64,000 nucleotides of DNA, taken from an uncultured delta proteobacterium (GTDB lineage: Bacteria; Desulfobacterota; Binatia; UBA9968). The position numbers and the translations under genes are program-made. Of the stretch, positions 12,143 through 22,253 are shown piece after piece (the stretch's first letter is position 1; each line of letters begins with the position of its first letter). The stretch covers positions 64,001 through 128,000 of the forward strand of contig CAWDPO010000024.1 in the NCBI GenBank assembly GCA_963804165.1, given 5' to 3'. Below the pieces are notes generated by a model. That model did no database searches, was not told the origin of the DNA, and saw nothing but the letters and a program-made list of their open reading frames with translations.

Positions 12143-12937
12143 ATGAATGCGAAAGTGAGACTAACATCGTTGGCCCTGGTAATCGTACTTTCTGCGATAC
12201 CAGCGAGCGTCCTCGCCTTCTGCCACGAACTCGACATGGTCCAAGGCCGAATTTACCGCGCGGCCGCGAGCGCCGCCGCGCCGGTAACGGTGGAGTGGAT
12301 GGGCCATTCGACCTTTCAGATCACGTCTTCGAAAGGCACGCGCGTCCTTACCGACCCGCACGGCGCCTTTGATTTGCCGCAGCCGACTTTGCCGCAGCAT
12401 ATCGTGACCGCCAGTCACCGCCACGGCCCGCACAGCAGCGTCCATATGGCACCCGGCACCCCGGTGATTCTTCATGGGCTCACACCGACGGGCGGCGAGT
12501 GGCAGAAAATTTCGACGACGATTCGCGACGTCTCGGTTTACGTCGTCCCCGCGTATCACGATAAAAGCCAAGGTATGCAGCGTGGCAAAAACGCCATCTT
12601 CGTCTTCCGCGTCGACGACGTCTGCATCGCCCACCTGGGCGATCTCGGCCATATCCCGACGCCCGATCAACTCAAGATGATGGGCAAGATCGATATCTTG
12701 CTCGTCCCCATCGCCGGCGGCTACTACACGGTCACGCCGAGCGAAGCGCGCGAGCTTACCAAGCTGGTGAACCCAAAGATCGCCATTCCCATGCACTTTT
12801 GGTGGGAGCAAGCGGTGCAAGACTACGTTCACGGAATGGCAAGAGTGAAAACTCTGAACACCCCGATTTTGAAAATTTCCAAGCCGGAACTGCCGACACC
12901 CACCGAGGTCGTGGTCTTGCCGTGGCGACAAAGGTAG
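12143..12937 (+). CDS. Exported MBL-fold metallo-hydrolase (Lactamase_B_3-like)
   Basis: Signal peptide, WMGHSTF, LTDP, SHRHGPH, AYHD, HLGDLG, IPMH. Confidence 0.85.
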   Translation: MNAKVRLTSLALVIVLSAIPASVLAFCHELDMVQGRIYRAAASAAAPVTVEWMGHSTFQITSSKGTRVLTDPHGAFDLPQPTLPQHIVTASHRHGPHSSVHMAPGTPVILHGLTPTGGEWQKISTTIRDVSVYVVPAYHDKSQGMQRGKNAIFVFRVDDVCIAHLGDLGHIPTPDQLKMMGKIDILLVPIAGGYYTVTPSEARELTKLVNPKIAIPMHFWWEQAVQDYVHGMARVKTLNTPILKISKPELPTPTEVVVLPWRQR

Positions 12938-13101
12938 CGAATCCACTTTATAACGCCGCAAATCCTATCACTTGCATTTAGTTGAGCTGAGCGAGTTGGA
13001 GGGGTTCGAGCAATTCGAAGGCGCTGACCGGAGTAATCTTATCGTCGTCGACTCACGGTTGGCTCGTGAAACGTCCGGAGCCGTAAATACACCTCACTGT
13101 C

Positions 13102-14439
13102 TTAAACGACCTTGCGTTTAGGAGGATCCAATGATTCGTCGGTGTCACTGCAGTCGGGCGTCAAAACGCTCGCCGATTCACCGGTAATCAATCGCGCTGC
13201 GCGGTTGCGGCTGAAATAATACCAGCCCCATTGCACCAGGACCAGGACCTTGTTTTCAAATTCGACCAGGTACATGAGATGCACAAACAGCCACATCAGC
13301 CAGGCAAAGAATCCGGCAAAGTGAATTCTACCCATGTCCGCAACCGCTGATGCTCGCCCGACCATCGCCATGCTGCCGCGATCGCGGTAAATGAACGGCG
13401 TGACGTTTCTCTGCGCCATCTTGCTCTGAAGAATTCGCGCGACGTATTGACCTTGCTGCATCGCGACCGGTGCCACGCCGGGAAGTGGTTTCCCGTCTTG
13501 GTGAGAATAGTTGGCCAGATCTCCGATCACAAATACTTCGGGGTAACCGGGGATGCTAAGGTCGCGCTCGACGATAATCCTGCCTATGCGATCCACGCTG
13601 GCACCGGTCGTTTTGGCGAGCACTTGGCCAAGAAAGGAAGCCTGCACGCCGGCGGCCCAAATAACGGTACGGCACGGGATGCGCTCGATGATCTCGCCGC
13701 GCTTGACCGTGACGGATTCCCGATGAAGTTCAGTCACAACGGCCCTAACTTCGACTCTCACTCCCAATTCACTCAGAAAGATTGCCGCCTTGGTTGAAAG
13801 CTGAGGTGGATACGCAGGAAGAATCCGATCGCCGCCCTCGATCAATAAAATTCTCGCTTTGGATGGGTCGATGCTGCGGAAATCATGCGTCAGAGTATCG
13901 TTCGCGATTTCTCCGAGGGCGCCGGCCAACTCGACGCCAGTGGGTCCGCCGCCGACGATGACGAAGGTCAGCAAGGCTTCGAGTTTTTCCGGATCACTTT
14001 CTCTTTCCGCAGCCTCGAACGCGCTGAAGATACGCCGCCTGATTTCGGTGGCGTCTTCGACGGTCTTGAGGCCCGGGGCGATCTTTTCCCACTCGTCGTG
14101 GCCAAAATAGTGATGGCGCGAGCCGGTTGAGACAATGAGGATATCGTACTCCACGAAGCCATCACTGAGCGAAACGCGGTGTTTTTTTACATCGATATCG
14201 ATCACTTCGGCCAATAGGACCCGAGCATTCCGCTGGCGTTTGAGCGTTGCCCTTAACGTCGACGCAATGTTGGCCGGAGAGAGCCATCCGGTCGCGACCT
14301 GGTAAAGAAGCGGCTGAAAGAGGTGGAAATTGCGTCGGTCGATCAGCGTCACCTGAACCGGCGCGCCGCGGAGCGACTGAGCGGCAGCAAGGCCGCCAAA
14401 GCCGCCGCCGATTATAACGACGCGAGACACTCTATCCAT
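13102..14439 (-). CDS. ndh: Type II NADH:quinone oxidoreductase
   Basis: GGGFGG, FQPLLYQVA, GGGPTGVELAG, WAAGV, IGD, APVAMQQG. Confidence 0.93.
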   Translation of the reverse strand: MDRVSRVVIIGGGFGGLAAAQSLRGAPVQVTLIDRRNFHLFQPLLYQVATGWLSPANIASTLRATLKRQRNARVLLAEVIDIDVKKHRVSLSDGFVEYDILIVSTGSRHHYFGHDEWEKIAPGLKTVEDATEIRRRIFSAFEAAERESDPEKLEALLTFVIVGGGPTGVELAGALGEIANDTLTHDFRSIDPSKARILLIEGGDRILPAYPPQLSTKAAIFLSELGVRVEVRAVVTELHRESVTVKRGEIIERIPCRTVIWAAGVQASFLGQVLAKTTGASVDRIGRIIVERDLSIPGYPEVFVIGDLANYSHQDGKPLPGVAPVAMQQGQYVARILQSKMAQRNVTPFIYRDRGSMAMVGRASAVADMGRIHFAGFFAWLMWLFVHLMYLVEFENKVLVLVQWGWYYFSRNRAARLITGESASVLTPDCSDTDESLDPPKRKVV

Positions 14440-14915
14440 ATCGGTATTCTGAAACTTATTTTCACCCCTGACAATCGCTTGCTTCCGCAGCCTCGCCCGC
14501 GGAACGCCGGCACATCGACGAGCGGCCGATCGAGTTTCGCCCTGTTGAGCGTGAGTGCCGATCAATCTGTGAAAAACGATGCCTCGTTATGGCGAGCATG
14601 GATTGACTGTCGAGTTAGCCTCGTTGAATCCGGTTTCCGGAGCGGAATTCCCCGTCCTGGGGTCGCTGGACAAACACCAAGCCGCGCGGTGTATTCACTT
14701 GGACGTACATTAAAAATGCGGCGGATTCTTGCCGTGCTAGAATAAAGCGAATCTCATCGCGGCGCCTGCGCAAAATCTTTTGATTCCGTCTGGGAATAGC
14801 GAAGGTCACATCACGTCTACGCCAAGGGTGCGGATTCTATCGTTGGAGATGTCGACAGCGGAGCCCTCACTCTATCGTCTTCCGCCAGTTTGTCCGGCAC
14901 CTGAAGAATTCGCCA

Positions 14916-15692
14916 TCATCCCGGAGAATTCGCTGAACCACGATAGTAGCGCTGTCCGCGTTCGTAGCCGCGACGAAAAGCATCCTTACGATAGATCTCC
15001 GGATAGAGCACCCTCAGGTGTTCCGACACTTCGTCATACGAACTGCCGCGCGTGTGCGGCAGGAGCGCCGATTCAAAACCAGATCGATACTCTCGTTCGT
15101 CCTGCGGAAAATCCCCTCCTGCTTGGACATAATGCTCTTTTTCCGCGTCGCGCAGACCGACCCACCATTGCTCGCGCGCCTCGTCGACGCTTTCCGCTCC
15201 GTTGCTCGCGAAAATCTCACGCGCAGCGGCGGCTTGATTGTCATCTTCGGCAAAAGCGATCAGGACCGTCCGTCCCTGCTTCAGCGCGTCCTCGTAGACG
15301 AATATCTCGTCCTTGGGCAAACCTTCGGTCAGCGCGTTTTCCAAACTGCCGCCCGCCGCGGCGCCTCCGACGGCGCCGCCGATTCCCAGTAACGCAGAAG
15401 CCGCAAGTCCGATGGCAATGGCGGGTCCCACACCCGGAACGATCGCGCTTGTGACCGCCATGCCGAGAGGGGCGCCCAGGGCCGTTCCCACGGCTGCACC
15501 GACCACACCACCGACCGCCTTCCCCATGCCAGGTTGCTCGCCTTCGGTCGAAGGAACCAAATCGAGTTCCAAATCCGACGCGTGGGGAGTTAAGAAATTT
15601 ATGCCTTCGTCCGCGATACCGTGCGCGCGCAGCTTTTCGGCGCTGCGTAGCGAAGCGTCGAACGAAGTAAAAATACCGGTGATTGCTTGCAT
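14916..15692 (-). CDS. General stress membrane protein (YflT/17M-like N-terminus, glycine-rich TM hairpin)
   Basis: IVPGVGPAIAIG Gly-rich segment, GLPKDEIFVYEDALKQG; paralog of 24908..25678. Confidence 0.75.
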   Translation of the reverse strand: MQAITGIFTSFDASLRSAEKLRAHGIADEGINFLTPHASDLELDLVPSTEGEQPGMGKAVGGVVGAAVGTALGAPLGMAVTSAIVPGVGPAIAIGLAASALLGIGGAVGGAAAGGSLENALTEGLPKDEIFVYEDALKQGRTVLIAFAEDDNQAAAAREIFASNGAESVDEAREQWWVGLRDAEKEHYVQAGGDFPQDEREYRSGFESALLPHTRGSSYDEVSEHLRVLYPEIYRKDAFRRGYERGQRYYRGSANSPG

Positions 15693-15929
15693 ACTATTTC
15701 CCTTGGTTGTTTTTTGGTTTGGTTGGAGGCTGAAAACAATTGCTGCTTAAGACCTAGTCCTCCGCTGGCGACCCGTGAAGTCCACTCCACACCGGCTGCG
15801 TGTTTTGGCAACACCGGGTGGGCATTGACCTGAACTCCAGGTGTCGTCGTGACTTCAACTTTAGTGAATTCTATCCAGTATCCTGGTCCTGAAAGTTTGC
15901 GTTAAAATTGCCGCGCTATTCCGTCTGGA

Positions 15930-16015
15930 AAATCTCCCCTTCCCCTCTTTGACAAAGAGGGATGAGAACCGCACAGAGAAAATTCCCCTTTGAAAAAGGG
16001 GACAAAGGGGGGTTT
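15930..16015. repeat. REP-like nested hairpin element (CCCCTCTTT..AAAGAGGG / CCCCTTT..AAAGGGG type)
   Basis: Two hairpins inside outer AAATCTCCCC...GGGGGGTTT arms. Confidence 0.65.
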
Positions 16016-16049
16016 GAGTTCGACTTCAGCTGCGCCATCGAATCCGGTT

Positions 16050-16202
16050 TTACCCGTGGCGCTTGAAATACTGTACCGCACGCTCGTGTTTTTCCGCCGC
16101 CGTACGGGTTTTGAACGTGCCTAGATTTTTACGTTTGCCGGTTTCTCTGTCCTTCTTGCGGGAGTAGAGACGGTATTCGCCGGACAGAAGCTTTCGAATC
16201 AC
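16050..16202 (-). CDS. Conserved 50-aa basic hypothetical protein
   Basis: GGAGG RBS + GTG start; MIRKLLSGEYRLYSRKKD...NLGTF...HERAVQYFKRHG. Confidence 0.75.
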   Translation of the reverse strand: MIRKLLSGEYRLYSRKKDRETGKRKNLGTFKTRTAAEKHERAVQYFKRHG

Positions 16203-16220
16203 CAGTGGCCTCCATGCAAC

Positions 16221-16251
16221 AATGTGCGGGGCCGATGCGGCCCCGCACATT
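16221..16251. other. Perfect 14-bp intergenic stem-loop (mRNA stabiliser or terminator candidate)
   Basis: aatgtgcggggccg-atg-cggccccgcacatt, just upstream of the RBS of 16050..16202. Confidence 0.6.
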
Positions 16252-16258
16252 GGCTCGC

Positions 16259-16639
16259 TCAATTGATTTTCGAAGATTTCGAACCCTCTCTCGACATTCC
16301 AGTCTTGCTGATCGAGTCCGCAATCAAAATTGCGCCTTGGTCTCGATAGGAAACGTTCACCTTGTCCCCAACCTTGATCGAGTCGAGGGACTTTTTGGCG
16401 GAGCTCCCCTGAACACTGAGATTGAGCTCCTCCTCGCCGGTCTTCACAGCCACCTTGCCGGCCTTCGGGTCAATCGACGTGACTTCGCCGCTGGCGCGCT
16501 TTGCGCTAGTGCTTTGATTTTCCATACCCCGCTCTGCTCGCTCCGGAGTCGTCGGAGGCAAGCTTTGCGAGTAACTCATTCCGGCCAAGGTCAGCATCCC
16601 CACCCCGGCGAAGAGCGATGCAACAATTTTCTTCTCCAT
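16259..16639 (-). CDS. Secreted small OB-fold-like protein
   Basis: Signal peptide; SGEVTSIDPKAGKV...SIKVGDKVNVSY. Confidence 0.7.
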   Translation of the reverse strand: MEKKIVASLFAGVGMLTLAGMSYSQSLPPTTPERAERGMENQSTSAKRASGEVTSIDPKAGKVAVKTGEEELNLSVQGSSAKKSLDSIKVGDKVNVSYRDQGAILIADSISKTGMSREGSKSSKIN

Positions 16640-16676
16640 CGTCTTCCTCCAGTTTCTGTTTTTGTTCTTGAACCGC

Positions 16677-16916
16677 TTACATTGGATTCCTGGATTCCGT
16701 TGCTTTTCGGGAGGCCACGGCGTTCCGTTCGTGCCAATCTTCCGTCCAACGCGTCACTTCTTCTTTTTTATCGCCGTACCTCTTTTGAACGACGCCTAAA
16801 AACTTGTCGTAGTTGCCCTCCGCTTCCAGGAGATCATTGTCGGTCAATTGACCCCATTTCTTCTTGACCTCGCCTTTGAACTGTTGCCAGCTCCCTTTGA
16901 ATTGTTCCTTATTCAT
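16677..16916 (-). CDS. csbD: CsbD-family stress protein
   Basis: KGSWQQFKGEVKKKWGQLTDNDL...QKRYG. Confidence 0.93.
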   Translation of the reverse strand: MNKEQFKGSWQQFKGEVKKKWGQLTDNDLLEAEGNYDKFLGVVQKRYGDKKEEVTRWTEDWHERNAVASRKATESRNPM

Positions 16917-16961
16917 GCGAAACCCCTCCTTGCTTTTAGCCGCTGTTTCTTTTCTCTCCCG

Positions 16962-17708
16962 TCAACACCACCAATAGTTTTCCTGACCGTAATGTTTGTG
17001 GAGTTGCGTCTCGTAAGCGCGATCGAGACTGTTGGGATTGAATTCCGGACTGCTCTGTATCGATTCTCGCGACAAGTTGACGTAGACGTTTGAATTCTTC
17101 CAATCGACGTGCGCGATCCATGGCGGAGCAATGAGCACCTTTTTCCCCGGCCACCAATTTCGCGTGTCGACAACGATGTATCGAATCGACCAAGACTCAT
17201 CGTCGAGGATGAAATCATCCACGTGGCCGATTTCGCCGTCGGTGGCCTGAAGGGTGTAACCCGCGACATCCTTCATGCTTCTCAAGTGCGACTTGTTGAT
17301 CTCATGAGTGAGCGCGATCCGCTTGTCGATCGCTTCGGCCATCAGATCCTGGGGTAGAGCCACTGGACCCCATGTGGCGTCGCCCGCCCAATAGTAAGGC
17401 CAACCGTAGTAATTGTAATATTTGATTTCATCTTGGGCCGAGAGCGCTTCGTCCATACTGATGTCGGGACTGTTTTTCACTTCTTCCTGAGTCAGCAGAA
17501 CCGGGAGTCTTTTGCCTTGCCAATCCGGTTCGTCGACGACAATGGGTGAGATAAGAACCTTACGGCCCGGCAGCCAACGACTCGTATCGGCGACCAAGTA
17601 ACGAACCGTCCACGCCTTGTCGTCAAAAATAAAGTCATTAGCTTCGCCGATGTCGCCGTCTTTAGCGCCTATTGAGAGGCCTTTCAGGTCTTTCATTCTT
17701 CGCAGCAT
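16962..17708 (-). CDS. Tandem PRC-barrel domain protein
   Basis: Two repeats DGxIGxxxDFIxDDxxWxxRYxVxDTxxWxPGxKVLI. Confidence 0.9.
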   Translation of the reverse strand: MLRRMKDLKGLSIGAKDGDIGEANDFIFDDKAWTVRYLVADTSRWLPGRKVLISPIVVDEPDWQGKRLPVLLTQEEVKNSPDISMDEALSAQDEIKYYNYYGWPYYWAGDATWGPVALPQDLMAEAIDKRIALTHEINKSHLRSMKDVAGYTLQATDGEIGHVDDFILDDESWSIRYIVVDTRNWWPGKKVLIAPPWIAHVDWKNSNVYVNLSRESIQSSPEFNPNSLDRAYETQLHKHYGQENYWWC

Positions 17709-17845
17709 GGCGTCACTCTCCTTTTTTTGTGGGGCTTTCCTTGCCGATGGCTCGCGAAGCATCATTTACAGAAGAATCAAAGATGACTCCATCGAATTGG
17801 TCAATTTCTCGGTACTTAATCATTTCGGCACTTGATCTCTATCAA

Positions 17846-17861
17846 CGCACAGACGGTGCCA
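17846..17861 (-). promoter_or_regulatory. Sigma-54 -24/-12 promoter (PRC-csbD operon)
   Basis: TGGCACCGTCTGTGCG, GG-N10-GC spacing. Confidence 0.55.
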
Positions 17862-18064
17862 ACACCAAAACGTTCGTTCATTTCGCAACTTAGATGCGCC
17901 CTGTCATTGAAGAACAGTTCGTTTGGGGGATGATCTCCTACAATTGAAGTAGAAATCTAAGGTTTTGACCCGACACTCACGCTGCGTCAAAATGGATTTC
18001 GAATCGGCTCTAGCCAGTCTCTTGTTGAGATAGCTGGTGGGACTAGCGGTAAACGATCCGTTGC

Positions 18065-18340
18065 TTAACTGCCGCGTTGTTTCGTTGGGGCTGAGTGCTC
18101 GACATCCGCACCCGCGCCCAATGAACTGAGAGCTTTCAAGACCGCATCGAGGGTAATCGACTGTGGACCCGCGGGCGACATCCCCTCTTCATCGGCAACT
18201 TGAAGCTCTCGCATGTCGTATTCCCATCGTCGAAGAATTTCGATCTTCTGATCACGTGACATGTCGTTTCTTTCGACTACTTCTTGCGGCGTCTTGAACA
18301 TCGTGCTCGGGTCAACGAGCGTATTTTTTTGGTCCATCAC
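18065..18340 (-). CDS. Conserved ~90-aa helical hypothetical protein directly downstream of encapsulin
   Basis: FKTPQEVV...SRDQKIEILRRWEYD...VADEEGM; paralog at 26548..26805. Confidence 0.8.
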   Translation of the reverse strand: MMDQKNTLVDPSTMFKTPQEVVERNDMSRDQKIEILRRWEYDMRELQVADEEGMSPAGPQSITLDAVLKALSSLGAGADVEHSAPTKQRGS

Positions 18341-18388
18341 GGATTGTCTCCTGTCGTTGATGTGCTCAACCCATCCGGCCTTCGCTTT

Positions 18389-19218
18389 TCACTTGCGTCT
18401 CTCGGAAGTTTTTTTGGATTCACCCAGGATCGTGCAGATGGCGATCGGGCGCTTCGATCTTTAAGACCAATGATTCGCTGACGGCGAAGTGTTCGTGCGC
18501 GGCGTCCGAGGTAAGATGGGCGATATGTAAGTCCTGACCAAGAACGATCGACCCCACGTCCCGGGCCACCAACACGCATCCCTCGATGGCCGCTTTGACG
18601 ATACCGCGCGTGCAAAGTCGCTTGAGATGCTCGATCTGAAGAAGGTCGGACCCGGGATATCGGCGGAAAAGATTGTTATAAAGTTCCGGCGCCAGTGCGA
18701 GCCCATAGGGACCGCGGTAACCCTTGCCGTCCAACGCGTTCACGGCGGTGATGACGTCGTCGAGCACTTCATCGACGTTACGCCAATTCCCGGCTTTTAC
18801 AGTTTGCCGGCCCTCGACTGTCAGTAATCCTCCTAGATGAAAATCCGTCTGGCCTTGGTAGACAAATTCTTCTTCGCGCTCAGCGACAGCTTGAGCCGCG
18901 TCTTCCGCGGCCTTGAGATTTAATGGTCACTCCTAGCTCTTGAAACGCCGCGATTCGCCGCTTTGAGATTGTAAAACGGCGATAGATCATCGGAACCGAT
19001 AGCGCCCGGCTGACCACCGCGCTGGCCTCGTCTGGGCCGGGCTCACGACATCGATCGTCATTTCCTACCTCGACGGTAGTCAAACCGATGCCGTAAGGGC
19101 CATCGACTTCCACGATTCGCCTGCCGCTCAGGATTTCCCGCGCAGCGGCGACCGCGGCTTCTTCGATGCGCGTCAGCAACTCTGAAGTAATGATTCCCGG
19201 TGATCTCTCGTCCGCCAT
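18389..19218 (-). CDS. Family 1 encapsulin shell protein (Linocin M18); frameshifts near 18450 and 18880-18930
   Basis: AREILSGRRIVEVDGPYGIG, EEEFVYQG, GYRGPYGLAL, IVLGQDL, ESLVLKIEAPxAICTI. Confidence 0.9.
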
Positions 19219-19220
19219 GA

Positions 19221-19601
19221 TCAACTTCCTTTCATATCTCCGACGGTAGGTCGCAGGTATCCTCGCTCCGGCTTGGCCGGTTCGTCTCCTTCTGTTTCTG
19301 TTTTTGCGCGTTCCTCGATGGTCGTAATGTCCCCGCTCGTGAACAGATATAACTTCAAAGCTTCGTCGAACTTCGGAACGTTGCGCCGGATCCATTCGAG
19401 GGTCATGGAAGCATGTTCGATCTCCTCGTTTCGGTTGTGCTCGAGGACACCCCGCAACTCTGGATCTGTACAAGCTTCAGCGCGTTGGTTATACCAATCG
19501 ATCGCTTCAAGCTCTTCCATCAGCGAGACGATCGCGCGATGAATATCGATGGTTCGATCCGTCAATTGCCCGGCCGGTTCATGCAGCGTGAATGATGGCA
19601 T
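19221..19601 (-). CDS. Encapsulated ferritin-like protein (EncFtn/Flp) with C-terminal cargo-loading peptide
   Basis: HRAIVSLMEELEAIDWYNQR...HNRNEEIEHA; C-terminus LRPTVGDMKGS. Confidence 0.93.
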   Translation of the reverse strand: MPSFTLHEPAGQLTDRTIDIHRAIVSLMEELEAIDWYNQRAEACTDPELRGVLEHNRNEEIEHASMTLEWIRRNVPKFDEALKLYLFTSGDITTIEERAKTETEGDEPAKPERGYLRPTVGDMKGS

Positions 19602-19649
19602 AATTTATTAACCTACCTATAGGGTGTGGTAGCGGTCGCAATTCTTTCG

Positions 19650-19665
19650 TGCAACTAGCGAGCCA
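19650..19665 (-). promoter_or_regulatory. Sigma-54 promoter of ferritin-encapsulin operon
   Basis: TGGCTCGCTAGTTGCA about 50 bp upstream of the ATG. Confidence 0.75.
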
Positions 19666-20022
19666 AATTTAAATGTCAATCGTCAAGACCTTTCGAGGGA
19701 GCGAATCTCGTTCGGTTTTGTTCCAATGGCTTAAAGAAAAAAATAGTTTGCTTAAGGCGTCCGTGAGATGGAAACGTATGAAAAGCACCGACAGGCCCAT
19801 TGACTACGTGAACAAAAAACCCAAACAAGCCCTTCCGATCCTTCAGTGATCGCTCGGCAAACAGGCGAGGAAGGAGGTCCCGACCCCGAAACTCCCGGTA
19901 ATTTTTTTACAAGGACGGGATCGAGACCTTGGCGTGGCAGACTGTTTCGGCGGGTGTGATAATCACTTTCCCGCGCCATCAGGATTGTCGCGTTCGAAGC
20001 GCGACGTATCCTACTGGCGCTT

Positions 20023-20187
20023 CTAGACCGGTGGTCTGCGACCCATCACTAGACCCACCAGGAATAAAACCAAAAACACCACGAACAAAATCCATGCGAT
20101 CTGCGTCGCTGCACCGGCCACTCCACTAAGTCCCAGAAGCCCGGCAATCAACGCGATCACAAGAAAAGTTATCGCCCAATTTAACAT
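20023..20187 (-). CDS. DUF1328 (YtjA-like) small membrane protein
   Basis: Manually translated [54 protein letters not shown]; not in ORF track (<60 aa). Confidence 0.9.
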   Translation of the reverse strand: MLNWAITFLVIALIAGLLGLSGVAGAATQIAWILFVVFLVLFLVGLVMGRRPPV

Positions 20188-20220
20188 TTGCAGACCCTCC
20201 TTTCTTTCAACAGTTAGATA

Positions 20221-20358
20221 CTACACTTTGAACAGACCGAGTATTCCCGTAATGATCAGATAAATGGCAACGATGTAGTTCAACAACCTCGGAATCATTA
20301 GAATCAATATTCCCGCGATCAACGCCACCAGCGGTTGCAGAGCGATATAGATTTGCAT
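20221..20358 (-). CDS. DUF3096 small membrane protein
   Basis: Manually translated MQIYIALQPLVALIAGILILMIPRLLNYIVAIYLIITGILGLFKV. Confidence 0.88.
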   Translation of the reverse strand: MQIYIALQPLVALIAGILILMIPRLLNYIVAIYLIITGILGLFKV

Positions 20359-20391
20359 TGTTTCGACCTCCGGATGCGCCGTCTATCCCGT

Positions 20392-20802
20392 CTAGGGATT
20401 TACCGCCGTTGCGTTTGAATCCTCCTCTCGCAACTCGTTGCGAGCCTGATCTGCCAGCTTCAAATAGTTTGCGCGTATGCGTTCCAAGTCCTTTTCTTCC
20501 AACTCCTCAAGATTGAGAAGAGCATTGTGTGCTTGGTCGATCGCGCGTATCAGCTCATCCAATTTTATTTGCATCGCTTCGGCGTCACGGTTCTGAGTGT
20601 TTTGAATCAAGAAGACCATCAGAAACGTGACAATCGTCGTCCCGGTGTTGATGACAAGTTGCCAAGTATCGCTGAATTTGAAGATGGGCCCTGCCACCGC
20701 CCAAATAAGGATGATCCCCAACGCCGTGCCGAAGGCGGCCGGTTGCCCCATGGCCCGCGCGATGCGCCTCGAGAAATCCCCAAACGACGACGTTGTCCGC
20801 AT
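20392..20802 (-). CDS. Low-affinity iron permease family protein (Fet4-like)
   Basis: FSDTWQLVINTGTTIVTFLMVFLIQNTQNRD...KLDELI. Confidence 0.92.
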   Translation of the reverse strand: MRTTSSFGDFSRRIARAMGQPAAFGTALGIILIWAVAGPIFKFSDTWQLVINTGTTIVTFLMVFLIQNTQNRDAEAMQIKLDELIRAIDQAHNALLNLEELEEKDLERIRANYLKLADQARNELREEDSNATAVNP

Positions 20803-20873
20803 GCCTTGTTCACCTTTAAGTCTAAGTCCTGTATATCCTGGCACAGCTTCCATGACTCGTGGTAAGCGACTGG

Positions 20874-20889
20874 AGCAACGGTCGTGCCA
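20874..20889 (-). promoter_or_regulatory. Sigma-54 promoter (iron permease-DUF3096-DUF1328)
   Basis: Consensus TGGCACGACCGTTGCT. Confidence 0.8.
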
Positions 20890-21309
20890 CGAAACGACAA
20901 ATCAACGATCCTCTTATTTAATGAGTGGTTTAGTCGTTTTTAGACGGGCATCGGGTTTACGCGGTGCAGAGGGGTTTTTCTTACAAATTGTCGGCGTAAT
21001 CCTATCTCGATAAAAAGCTGCGATTGACGATCATTCTGTCGATGTTGAATATCTCGATGTTCAATATCTTACAGCGGAGTCTTGCCTTTTTTGCTAAACT
21101 CCCGTGACGAGAAATTCTGATGTGATTGGCGCCATCGCCGAGTACGTGGTGCCGGCACTGCCTCGTGGCCGAAACGACGATGCTCGTATTGCTTTGATAT
21201 AAGTGTGTTTTCCCTTCGTTTAGTTGGTAAAAAGCCGACAAGGGTTTCCGCGCAAAGTCATGGCACCGCTAAACTACTTGAACTAAAACGAATATTCCGA
21301 CGAACGGAT

Positions 21310-21325
21310 TGGCACATCGTTTGAT
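21310..21325 (+). promoter_or_regulatory. Possible sigma-54 promoter for SOD (variant -12)
   Basis: TGGCACATCGTTTGAT (GA instead of GC). Confidence 0.4.
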
Positions 21326-21527
21326 TGTTCATAGTGTCAGTGCTGAGTTTGTTTCTGCTGCCACGACTATCTCTTTGGCAGCTGAATTAAGTGTCGATGA
21401 CGCCACGCTTACCCCATCGGCAAAAACCAAGCTGACCCGCGAGCCCTAAACGGGAGTTTATGCACCACAGTGATTTCCTTGCTGCAATGCAAACGATCAA
21501 GATGTCATTTATCACGGAGATATAATT

Positions 21528-22169
21528 ATGGAGAGCAATCGAATTTACCGACCCAAACAATTTAATCTGAGCGGTCTCAAGGGAATTTCCGATCAAACGT
21601 TGGAGATGCACTTTAAATTGTATGAAGGCTACGTCAAGGAAACCAATAACCTTCAAGAAAAGATCGCCGCGATCCTGAAAGATGGCAAAGTCGATCAAGA
21701 GGAAATGCCGGCCTACTCCGAACTCAAACGCCGCCTCGGTTTTGAATACAACGGCATGGTTTTACACGAGTACTACTTCGGAAACCTCAAGCGCGACGGT
21801 GGCGGGCAACCATCGGCAAAATCATCATTCGCTAAAGCCGCGACTTCCAGCTTCGGCAATTACGACGTATGGAAAGCCGACTTCGCCGGCATCGGCAAGA
21901 TGCGCGGCGTCGGCTGGGCGATCTGCTATCAGGATCCGACAAACGATCGACTGTCCAACCACTGGATCTCATTGCACGAGATCGGCAATGTCGCCGGCTA
22001 CAACCCGGTGCTTGTGATGGATGTCTGGGAACACGCCTTCCTGCTCGATTACAAGCCGGCCGAACGCGCAAAATACATAGATGCGTTTTTCGCGAACGTG
22101 GATTGGAAAGTCATTGAGGACCGCTTGCACAAAGTGCATCAGAAAGTGCAGCGAGCCCGGGTGGCCTGA
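21528..22169 (+). CDS. Fe/Mn superoxide dismutase family protein
   Basis: HFKLYEGYV, NGMVLHEYYF, DVWEHAF metal ligands. Confidence 0.92.
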   Translation: MESNRIYRPKQFNLSGLKGISDQTLEMHFKLYEGYVKETNNLQEKIAAILKDGKVDQEEMPAYSELKRRLGFEYNGMVLHEYYFGNLKRDGGGQPSAKSSFAKAATSSFGNYDVWKADFAGIGKMRGVGWAICYQDPTNDRLSNHWISLHEIGNVAGYNPVLVMDVWEHAFLLDYKPAERAKYIDAFFANVDWKVIEDRLHKVHQKVQRARVA

Positions 22170-22253
22170 TGTGCATCGGCGGTCGCCATGTGACGATGGC
22201 GTGGCGAATCTACAAAATTTTTGAACGTCACACCTTCACGAGAAGGCGACATC

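Noticed and set aside
14620-14680. ydaO-like 5' segment CGTTGAATCC...GGAGCGG
   Set aside because: The 3' half of the motif is absent and it is on the wrong strand for the flanking genes.
18880-19601. EncFtn-encapsulin fusion suggested by ORF 18880..19473
   Set aside because: The upstream extension overlaps EncFtn in another frame. EncFtn has its own stop and cargo peptide, and the encapsulin has its own RBS and ATG at 19218.
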